From positions 1 to 52,531 of the forward strand of contig JADFLA010000004.1 in assembly GCA_022564635.1 (NCBI GenBank): 52,531 bases of DNA, written 5' to 3'. The notes below the pieces were generated by a model. That model did no database searches. It saw only the letters and a list, made by a program, of their open reading frames with translations, and was not told where the DNA came from. Positions 45,546-52,531 of this stretch are shown here, in pieces (the first letter of the stretch is position 1; each line of letters begins with the position of its first letter). The position numbers and the translations under genes were made by a program. The stretch comes from Nanobdellota archaeon. Lineage in GTDB: Archaea; Nanobdellota; Nanobdellia; Woesearchaeales; GW2011-AR4.

Positions 45546-46085
45546 TCAAACTCTACCCGCTTTTGCTTCTGTTTTTTTTGCCACTCCTAATGATACTTTA
45601 CCTTTGTTTTTCCTGAAATTTGATTTTGTTCTTTGACCCCTGACAGGTAAACCAATACCATGTCTTACTCCCCTGTAGGATCTGATTTTTTTCATTCTCT
45701 TAACATCATTTTCCTCTGCAAAAGATAAGTTTCCTGTAACAAGATGATAGTCTTTTCCGTCTTCATAATTTCTTCTTCTATTTAGCATCCAAGTAGGAAC
45801 ATTATAATTTGATAAATTATTCAAAACATCATCAAGTTTTTTAACCTGCTCATCACTCAAGTAGCCAGTTTTTGTTGCTTTATCTACACCTGCAAGGTGG
45901 CATATCATACTAGAGAACATAAAACTAACACCTTTAATTTTTCTAAAAGCATTGGCTATCTGCTTATTCCCATCTAAATCCGTATTTGCAATTCTAACAA
46001 AATACTTGAAATCTTTACCTATGGAATTGGTGCCGGAAACTTGTTTCCGAGCATCTTCTGCAGCTTGAGCTTTTTGTTCTACCAT
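45546..46085 (-). CDS. rps13: 30S ribosomal protein S13 with N-terminal extension
   Basis: VRIANTDLDG, WMLNRR, SYRGVRH..GLPVRGQRT. Confidence 0.97.
   Translation of the reverse strand: MVEQKAQAAEDARKQVSGTNSIGKDFKYFVRIANTDLDGNKQIANAFRKIKGVSFMFSSMICHLAGVDKATKTGYLSDEQVKKLDDVLNNLSNYNVPTWMLNRRRNYEDGKDYHLVTGNLSFAEENDVKRMKKIRSYRGVRHGIGLPVRGQRTKSNFRKNKGKVSLGVAKKTEAKAGRV
46018..46055 (-). repeat. In-frame palindromic element inside the rps13 N-terminus
   Basis: Minus strand gaTGCtCGGAAAC-aa-GTTTCCGGCAccaattcc, encoding DARKQVSGTNS. Confidence 0.7.
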
Positions 46086-46252
46086 TCTAAAAACATACTC
46101 ACTTCACTTCGTTTCGTTCGTAGCATCAAACAAACAAATTAATACTATTTCATATACTGTTTATTTGATATATAACCGAGAATATAGCACTTTATATAAC
46201 CCTAAAAGCGCTCTATATGAACTCGGGCATAGGAGAAGGGAAATAAGGTTGG

Positions 46253-46260
46253 TTTATAAA
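46253..46260 (-). promoter_or_regulatory. TATA box of the rps13 operon (candidate)
   Basis: TTTATAAA about 170 nt upstream of rps13, followed by a structured leader. Confidence 0.5.
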
Positions 46261-46360
46261 TATTACGCTTGTCGGTAGTGTTGCGAGAACGGTTGGTTTA
46301 GGGTAAAATTAGTAGTTTGTTGCGTTATGGTTGGTATTCAGAATTTTGGCTATAAAGTGG

Positions 46361-46588
46361 CTACCCAATCCAGAAAGTATTGATAGCCCAAATTACATAA
46401 ATACTTACTGCAACCACTAAAACCCAACTCCATTTTTCTGCTTTTAAAAACTTAGAAATGATTGCACATATTAGCGTAATTGTGCCCAGTACAAGATGGT
46501 ACTGAAATATTCCAATTAGTCCAACTATTGCTCCAATCAAAACAAAGGTATCTTTTTTCTCAAATCTAAATATTCCAAATTGTATCAT
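46361..46588 (-). CDS. Small orphan membrane protein
   Basis: Three hydrophobic segments; GGTGAAGGGG RBS-like sequence upstream. Confidence 0.7.
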   Translation of the reverse strand: MIQFGIFRFEKKDTFVLIGAIVGLIGIFQYHLVLGTITLICAIISKFLKAEKWSWVLVVAVSIYVIWAINTFWIG

Positions 46589-46622
46589 TTCCCCTTCACC
46601 TTCCCAATGATAAGTCCGATTT

Positions 46623-47468
46623 TCATTTTTTCTTGGTTCTTGTTACTATATAACCCATTTTTTTGAATAGCCAAGACACTAATAGTCCCAACAAAACTGC
46701 ATAGACAATCACTGAGATTATTAAGGTACTTGTCTTAAAATTATTCAATACTTCATGATTTTCGTATAAAATTAACACAGGAAGTGCAATTATGAGCAAT
46801 ATAATCCATCTACCTACTTTCCACAAATCTTTATCTGTAGCTTTTGCGAAATATTTCCTGTACATTGGTCTTCCTAATAACCCAAGAATTATAATTATAG
46901 ATAAATAGAAAGCAATTTCTCCAAGTACGTATCCAACGTAAAGAGCAATTGGAGTAATAAAACTAAATGAAAATATTATAAACACAAGAATTTTAACACT
47001 TTTTTTTGCTTCAACTCCTTTAACTATTTTTAGAGTGTAATAGTTACTCTTCTTTTTCTTTCCTTTTGATTTCTCCCATTCTCGTTCTCTTATTACACTC
47101 AATCTATAATAATGTATTAATATGAAAAATGGGGGTGAAAACATACCGAGAAAATATACTATTAGTAAAAATATAACCATAAATTTAGTATGGTCAAAAT
47201 TATCTAAATGTAACTCCACTAAAGCCCTTAACAAAATATAAAATACAAGCCACGTGAAAAATGATGCTAAAATACCCATCTTTCCTTTCTGCATTAATCG
47301 AACTGAGAAATATTGTAGAAATAAAGTAATAATGGTTAATATAATCATGCCTGTATGACTCAACAACCAAAGCTTACCCGGATAAAACAATAAGAGTATA
47401 GCTAAAATTGGAATAACAATATTTAATGGCTTATTTTTTAACCCTTGCCACCAAGTTTTGAGTATCAT
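46623..47468 (-). CDS. Orphan polytopic membrane protein
   Basis: 281-aa ORF with about 8 TMs; ATGA-coupled to the upstream gene. Confidence 0.75.
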   Translation of the reverse strand: MILKTWWQGLKNKPLNIVIPILAILLLFYPGKLWLLSHTGMIILTIITLFLQYFSVRLMQKGKMGILASFFTWLVFYILLRALVELHLDNFDHTKFMVIFLLIVYFLGMFSPPFFILIHYYRLSVIREREWEKSKGKKKKSNYYTLKIVKGVEAKKSVKILVFIIFSFSFITPIALYVGYVLGEIAFYLSIIIILGLLGRPMYRKYFAKATDKDLWKVGRWIILLIIALPVLILYENHEVLNNFKTSTLIISVIVYAVLLGLLVSWLFKKMGYIVTRTKKK

Positions 47469-47800
47469 ATTTTTCTTATAAAATCTACTCCACCTTTTGT
47501 CTGATTTATAGCTGTAAATCCCCTTCTTTTCAATGCAGGAAAGAGTTCTTCATTTGACCATCTAAATAATATTTCTTGACATCCTTTAGGCTTTGCCAAT
47601 TTTTCTATTAACAAGTTTAGAAAGCCCTCCCCATACCCTTTTCTACGCATTTTTAAATCATATATTTCCATCTCAAAAATCTCAAATATTTTTTCTCCGC
47701 AACTTATTTCTGCCCAGCCTATAGGTTCAGAATGATTTGTAAAAAACAACCCATATCTTTTTCTAAACTTATTTATTAATTTAATTTCTAAATTTTTCAT
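47465..47800 (-). CDS. Small GNAT-like protein
   Basis: MRRKGYG (R/QxxGxG acetyl-CoA motif) and RRGF near the C-terminus. Confidence 0.55.
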   Translation of the reverse strand: MKNLEIKLINKFRKRYGLFFTNHSEPIGWAEISCGEKIFEIFEMEIYDLKMRRKGYGEGFLNLLIEKLAKPKGCQEILFRWSNEELFPALKRRGFTAINQTKGGVDFIRKI

Positions 47801-47822
47801 ATATCCAATAAGAATTAGAGGA

Positions 47823-47836
47823 ATTTAAAAGCTTTT
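47823..47836 (-). promoter_or_regulatory. BRE/TATA promoter, probably leaderless
   Basis: AAAAGCTTTTAAAT ending about 23 nt before ATG 47800. Confidence 0.5.
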
Positions 47837-47887
47837 CTTCAACAAAGCCATCCACCTATTGCCTTCCATCTCAACACCAATTCTTTC

Positions 47888-48142
47888 TCAATAAGCCTTG
47901 GGTCTTTTTTCAATATCAGAAATAAATACTGAATTTCCTTCATAATGGACGGTGTATTATATCCTGTAATCACCAACCCTTAATCTGAATATCTTTTCCT
48001 TTCTGTTTACTACTCTCTTAACATCGCTTGGAAACGGTTCTATGTTTAATTTTTCTATTTTGTCAATTATCCTCTTTGCAAGTTCTTTGCCGGCTTTCTT
48101 GAGAAATCTTTTAGCATGAGAAGAAAACTCAATATTAAACAT
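47888..48142 (-). pseudogene. relE: RelE/ParE family toxin with an internal nonsense codon
   Basis: FRLRVGDYRI-TAA(47957-47959)-YTVHYEGNSVFISDIEKRPKAY-TGA; the frame continues to a normal RelE C-terminus. Confidence 0.85.
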
Positions 48143-48143
48143 T

Positions 48144-48347
48144 TTACAATCCCAATTCTTTTTTAAGTTCAGAAAGTGGTGTTGTTTTTCCTTCTTTAAA
48201 CTCTTTCATGCTTTCTTCAAATCTCTTGCTTTCTTCTGTAGTCATTATAGTATCAGGATCAAACATGTGCTTTTTGATGAATGTAACATCTTTTTTTAGT
48301 CCTTTAAGTTCATCATAAATTTTTTGTATTGTAGTTGTTTCTGCCAT
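48144..48347 (-). CDS. Putative RelB-type antitoxin
   Basis: 67 aa ending EGKTTPLSELKKELGL, immediately upstream of the toxin. Confidence 0.85.
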   Translation of the reverse strand: MAETTTIQKIYDELKGLKKDVTFIKKHMFDPDTIMTTEESKRFEESMKEFKEGKTTPLSELKKELGL

Positions 48348-48407
48348 AGTAGAGTATATAGCATATTAGAATATTTAAATCTTATGGAATATATCAGAAT
48401 TCAATCC

Positions 48408-50309
48408 CTAATAATTAACCAAAATCTCAACATCCTTACCAAATATACTCTTCAAATCCTCAAATATTGGCTCTTTAATGAAAACTTTGGGAGGTATCTT
48501 AACTTTTGCTAGTGCTTTTTCCAGCTCTTCTAAAGAACTTTTCTGCGTAGTTCCTAAACTGCCATCTTCTTTTATCTTTGCTTTGCTTAATTCCTTTTCT
48601 TCATGATCTATGTCATGTATTATAAAAGCCTCTTTTCCCAACAAAATAACTTCTCCATACCTGTTACCATGTTTAACCCTTATCTTTGCCCTTTCTATTT
48701 CTCTTCCTCTTTTTCTTTGAATATACTCAACTAAAAATTTTATGAATTCATTAGAATCCTTCTTTACCTTTTCCACTTCGATTCTTGTTAACTTTTTATC
48801 ATCATAATCTTTCTTAGCCTTTATTATCTCATTTAAGATCCTCAGAAATTTTACAGGTAATTTTCCCTGGCTTATTAGCTTGTCCTCAAATAATTTAACG
48901 ATTTCCTCATCTTCCACTTTCTCTATACCTTCAATCCTCAGCACGTCCCTAATGATTGTAACAATTGTTTCATAAACCTTTAACATATCCTCTTCTTCCT
49001 TAATTTTCTCTATCTGGGTAAACAATCTTTTTATTCTTTTGAGGTATTTATCGCTTTCTCCTAATAACTCATCAATCTCTTTTCCGGTTATTTCTTTCTT
49101 TTCCCCATGCTCAATTGACTTTCTTGTGTCTATTATCTTTTCCAGGATTTTTATGTACTTTTCCTCTAACAATTTTTCCTTTTGAACAAAAATTTCTCTC
49201 ATTAAAGTAGCAGTTTCCTTTGGAGCAGGAGGTGGAATTCCATGCAGCATCAATGCGGCTTGTGAAGGGGTTAAAATCGCATAATAAATATCTTCCATTC
49301 CTATATCCTTAAGCTTTAACGCTACGCGTTTAAGCATCTGCTCACCAGAGCCCATAAACATGTCAATGGCTTCTGCGCTTGGCTTTATTTTTCCCATCTT
49401 AAGCAGCTGCTTCCATGCCATAAATATACCCCGGTCATAGAAAGGAACACCATCCCTAAGCAAAGTAAATATTATTGGGTTTGCTTCCCTTAGGCTGTCC
49501 CAGAAATCCGTCAAAATATAAACCTGAATATTCAATTTATTCTTAATTCCAGTTAACTCCCCTGCTTCAATACCCATTCCAATTATTATAGCCCTTAACT
49601 TGTCTTTCAGCTCTGCCCTAGTCATTTTTTTAACATCAGTGTCATCAATCACAATCCAGACATCAATATCTGATGTAGGTGTTGCTCTGCCCTGAACCAA
49701 GCTTCCTGCAAGGACGTAGCTAACAATATACTTCTCAAACTTTTTAAGAACCATAGTCTTGTGAACTTCAGCTATTTTAATTGCTGCCAACATTCCCCTG
49801 TCAAAAATCGGGGCAGATAAAGATATTAACTGCAGCATCTCGCTTTTGCCATCATAGCAGTTCTGCCATAGCTCGGATAAAATTAGAGCTTGCGGTGTAA
49901 GATTCTTATCAATTTCCCGCGCAATATTCTTCATTATAGAAGTTAATTTATCCTTTAACTCAAACTTGGACATCTTCCTGCTGTCAGAATCATCAACTAG
50001 AACAAGGACATTTATCTTGTCCTTATCTACAGGTTGCTTTTGAACTTCTGTATGTTGCTGAACTGCTGGTTGCTTTTGATCAGGTTTTGGTGGCGGTAAT
50101 AAAGTCATCCCCATGATATATTTATCAAATTTTTCCAAAACTCTTTTCTGGAATTTATCCAGCTTTGTCTTTATGCTCTTTAATTTCTCCTGCACATCTT
50201 TGGGAAGTTTTTCCAAAGCTACTTTTTCCCTTAAAGCTGCAGAACTTTCCTTCATATCAGGTTTTTCCACAGGACCTTTCTTATCATATTTTTTAGTTTT
50301 TTTAGCCAT
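48408..50309 (-). CDS. Tandem nucleotidyltransferase-domain + HEPN-domain protein
   Basis: Degenerate first NTase (INVLVLVDD), intact second (GSLVQG..SDIDVWIVIDD), then HEPN-like YYAILTPSQAAL..RKSIEH. Confidence 0.85.
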   Translation of the reverse strand: MAKKTKKYDKKGPVEKPDMKESSAALREKVALEKLPKDVQEKLKSIKTKLDKFQKRVLEKFDKYIMGMTLLPPPKPDQKQPAVQQHTEVQKQPVDKDKINVLVLVDDSDSRKMSKFELKDKLTSIMKNIAREIDKNLTPQALILSELWQNCYDGKSEMLQLISLSAPIFDRGMLAAIKIAEVHKTMVLKKFEKYIVSYVLAGSLVQGRATPTSDIDVWIVIDDTDVKKMTRAELKDKLRAIIIGMGIEAGELTGIKNKLNIQVYILTDFWDSLREANPIIFTLLRDGVPFYDRGIFMAWKQLLKMGKIKPSAEAIDMFMGSGEQMLKRVALKLKDIGMEDIYYAILTPSQAALMLHGIPPPAPKETATLMREIFVQKEKLLEEKYIKILEKIIDTRKSIEHGEKKEITGKEIDELLGESDKYLKRIKRLFTQIEKIKEEEDMLKVYETIVTIIRDVLRIEGIEKVEDEEIVKLFEDKLISQGKLPVKFLRILNEIIKAKKDYDDKKLTRIEVEKVKKDSNEFIKFLVEYIQRKRGREIERAKIRVKHGNRYGEVILLGKEAFIIHDIDHEEKELSKAKIKEDGSLGTTQKSSLEELEKALAKVKIPPKVFIKEPIFEDLKSIFGKDVEILVNY

Positions 50310-50336
50310 AATGCAGAACTTTGTGTTTTTTCATCC

Positions 50337-50350
50337 TATATAAAGGTTTT
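50337..50350 (-). promoter_or_regulatory. BRE/TATA promoter, near-leaderless
   Basis: AAAACCTTTATATA about 28 nt upstream of ATG 50309. Confidence 0.55.
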
Positions 50351-50431
50351 GATGTCCTAGTAGACGACATTAATTTTAAAACCAAAAATTTAAATATTAT
50401 TAATGAAGATATTAAGAATGAAGAGGTGATT

Positions 50432-50626
50432 ATGTTGGTAACATCATCAGCATACAAAATTACTGGACTTGTTGTTTTAATGGTAGGAGCATTATTCTTT
50501 CTAAGGGATCTGGGGGTTAACTATATAGGCAATACAAGCGGCTGGACAATAATAATTGTTTTAGTTGGTGCTGCATTATTAGCCGGAGATTTTGAATTAA
50601 ACAAGCTTAAACAAAAGAAAAAATAA
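50432..50626 (+). CDS. Small two-TM membrane protein
   Basis: GAGGTGA RBS before ATG 50432 (MLVTSSAYK..). Confidence 0.7.
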   Translation: MLVTSSAYKITGLVVLMVGALFFLRDLGVNYIGNTSGWTIIIVLVGAALLAGDFELNKLKQKKK

Positions 50627-50629
50627 TTT

Positions 50630-52384
50630 TTACTTTTTTTGCTTTCTATAAGTCTCTTTAATCATATCTAGGGTAGTTGCATCGTCTGGTGGTTTTTCCA
50701 TTGAGCGTAATCGTATAACTCTTGGAAAGCGCAAAGCGAAACCGCTACTATAAGTAGGACTTTTTTGTATCTCTTCGTATCCTACTTCTATTACAATCTT
50801 TGGTCTTAATATAACTTCCTTCCCTTCTTCTTTCTTTATTAAAGGCTTAAGCAAATCTGTCATTTCTGCAAAACTTAAACCCTCTTCTCTTTTTTCCTTA
50901 AGGCCTGTGCTTGCTTTGCCTACCTCAACAAACTTATCCTTGTCTCTGCATGCAAGTGTATAGCTGCTCAACCATCTTGATCGTTTGCCCTCACCCCATT
51001 CTGCTTTTACAACAACCAAATCAAGATTTTCTTTCGTTTCTTTAAGTTTACACATGAAACCAACCCGTGCACCTGGTTTGTATGGTGCATCAAGCTTTTT
51101 GATCATTAAGCCCTCATTTCCGGAATCAACAGCTTCTTTGTGAAAATCCTGAACCTCTTTTTTATTTGAGGTTACAATACTTTTTGCAACCTTGATTTTT
51201 TTTGAAACATTCTTTATTATTTTATCAATAATTTTTTTTCTTTCCTCAAAAGGCTCATTAATAACACTTTTGCCCTTATAGTTTATTATATCAAAGACAT
51301 TTACCTCAACTGGAAACTGCTCAGACATCTTTTCAATATCATATTTTCTTTTTATTCTCCGGGATATGTTCTGGAAAGGAAGATATTTTCCAGTTTTTTT
51401 ATCGAAACCAACAGCCTCCGAATCAAGAATAACCTTGTTTTCCTTAACATACTTTTTTACGCAATCCACAACCTCTGGAAACTGATTAGTAACATTCTCC
51501 AATCTTCTCGTAAATATTTTAATTTCATTATCATTTTTATGTATCTGCATTCTCATACCATCATATTTAAACTCAAATTCTGCTGGTTTTCCACATCTTT
51601 CAAAGCCCTCCTCAATATCATCAACCTTAATGGCAAGCATAACCTTTAAAGGAATGCCTACGCTCATTATCATTTCTCCAAGTCCTTTTAGACCTTGTTT
51701 TTTTGCTGCCTCTGCTACCGTAGCAAAATCATTTGTAATATCATAAGCTCTTTGTAAAGCATCAATATATTGATTATATTTTTCCCTATCTTCTATCTCA
51801 ATATTATTTTCTTCTTTATTGTAATGAACCTTCAATTCTTTGCCAAAAAAAGCCCATACAATCGCATCCCTTATACTTCCTTCTCCAACACCTATACGCA
51901 TATCATTAAGGATTGTCCTGACAATATATTTTGCCTCATTTGGTTTTGCTGATGTTAATAGCTCTGCAACCAAAGATATTTTCTTGTCAACAGAACCTTG
52001 GCCTTCTATTGTAGCAAGCTTCCTTAGATTTTTCAAAACCTTTTTTACAGTAAGCTCATGAGATCCTAATGTATGCTGCTTTTTTTTCTTGATCAAATTA
52101 TATGAGACCGTTCCTAAATCACCTGTTTTTTTCCACTCCTTATTTATCCTTTCTTTTGACTCACCGGAAGCCACACCAATAGCCTTAAGCATCATCTTTG
52201 ATGCCATTCCTATCTCCCTTTCATCCCACCTTGGAAAAATCCTGCCCTCCAATAATAAAATGGTTGTACCTAATTCCTCTACACTTACATTTTTAAGAAA
52301 CTCAGAAATAATGTATACATGATGCAATCTTTTCGTTGTACTTTCTAGTTTTTCATAAATTTCCACAAGCTTTGAGTATTGCAT
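50630..52384 (-). CDS. lig: ATP-dependent DNA ligase, archaeal type
   Basis: EFKYDG.RMQIH, EGLMIK, Y.PG.R, LDLVVV..EWGEGKR, ALRFPR. Confidence 0.97.
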   Translation of the reverse strand: MQYSKLVEIYEKLESTTKRLHHVYIISEFLKNVSVEELGTTILLLEGRIFPRWDEREIGMASKMMLKAIGVASGESKERINKEWKKTGDLGTVSYNLIKKKKQHTLGSHELTVKKVLKNLRKLATIEGQGSVDKKISLVAELLTSAKPNEAKYIVRTILNDMRIGVGEGSIRDAIVWAFFGKELKVHYNKEENNIEIEDREKYNQYIDALQRAYDITNDFATVAEAAKKQGLKGLGEMIMSVGIPLKVMLAIKVDDIEEGFERCGKPAEFEFKYDGMRMQIHKNDNEIKIFTRRLENVTNQFPEVVDCVKKYVKENKVILDSEAVGFDKKTGKYLPFQNISRRIKRKYDIEKMSEQFPVEVNVFDIINYKGKSVINEPFEERKKIIDKIIKNVSKKIKVAKSIVTSNKKEVQDFHKEAVDSGNEGLMIKKLDAPYKPGARVGFMCKLKETKENLDLVVVKAEWGEGKRSRWLSSYTLACRDKDKFVEVGKASTGLKEKREEGLSFAEMTDLLKPLIKKEEGKEVILRPKIVIEVGYEEIQKSPTYSSGFALRFPRVIRLRSMEKPPDDATTLDMIKETYRKQKK

Positions 52385-52531
52385 ATCAAAATATAATTGT
52401 AAGAAGTTTAAAAATATATCTATGTAATAGTATAAGACAAAAGAAACGCATATATACTAGTACTTCTTTTATCCCTTTATGTTAACCATAAAAGAACGAA
52501 AATTGATTCTACAATGGAATCATAATGGAAA

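Noticed and set aside
46086-46360. tRNA gene upstream of rps13, as in many archaea
   Set aside because: No cloverleaf or T-loop consensus on either strand.
1-52531. CRISPR array, transposase, integrase or prophage genes
   Set aside because: No regularly spaced repeats and no ORF with recognisable Cas, transposase, recombinase or viral motifs.

Overview
This is an AT-rich archaeal window, most likely DPANN and Woesearchaeota-like. The evidence is an archaeal rps13-rps4-rps11-rpoD-rpl18e-rpl13-rps9-rpoN operon, an archaeal ATP-dependent DNA ligase and TATA-box promoters with short or no leaders; the lineage call is inference. From left to right: (1) a ~12.8 kb co-directional cluster of 15 membrane or secreted thiol-redox/metal genes (three CcdA domains, about nine thioredoxin-fold domains, three HMA domains, a YyaL/DUF255-CcdA fusion, and two proteins ending in PDQVGGCF), headed by a membrane-anchored winged-helix regulator; (2) bacterial-type thiS-thiG-thiE; (3) an orphan gene between nested inverted repeats and attC-like folds; (4) a MatB-like ligase, a MacB-type ABC system and a PaaK-like ligase; (5) gnd-zwf-cyclase; (6) an FKBP and a radical SAM protein; (7) a bacterial-style phospholipid head-group cluster (psd, PmtA-like methyltransferase, five CDP-alcohol phosphotransferase domains, DUF212, DedA, PlsC-like); (8) nadK, panE and a chimeric leuS; (9) the ribosomal operon, with related palindromic elements in frame inside rps4 and rps13; (10) orphans, a nonsense-inactivated RelE toxin with its antitoxin, a tandem NTase-HEPN protein and DNA ligase. 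I saw no tRNA, rRNA, CRISPR array or transposase. The best candidates for an undescribed system are the extracytoplasmic CcdA/thioredoxin/HMA/VGGC-tail cluster and the phospholipid cluster. All family calls come from motif recognition by eye, not from database searches.
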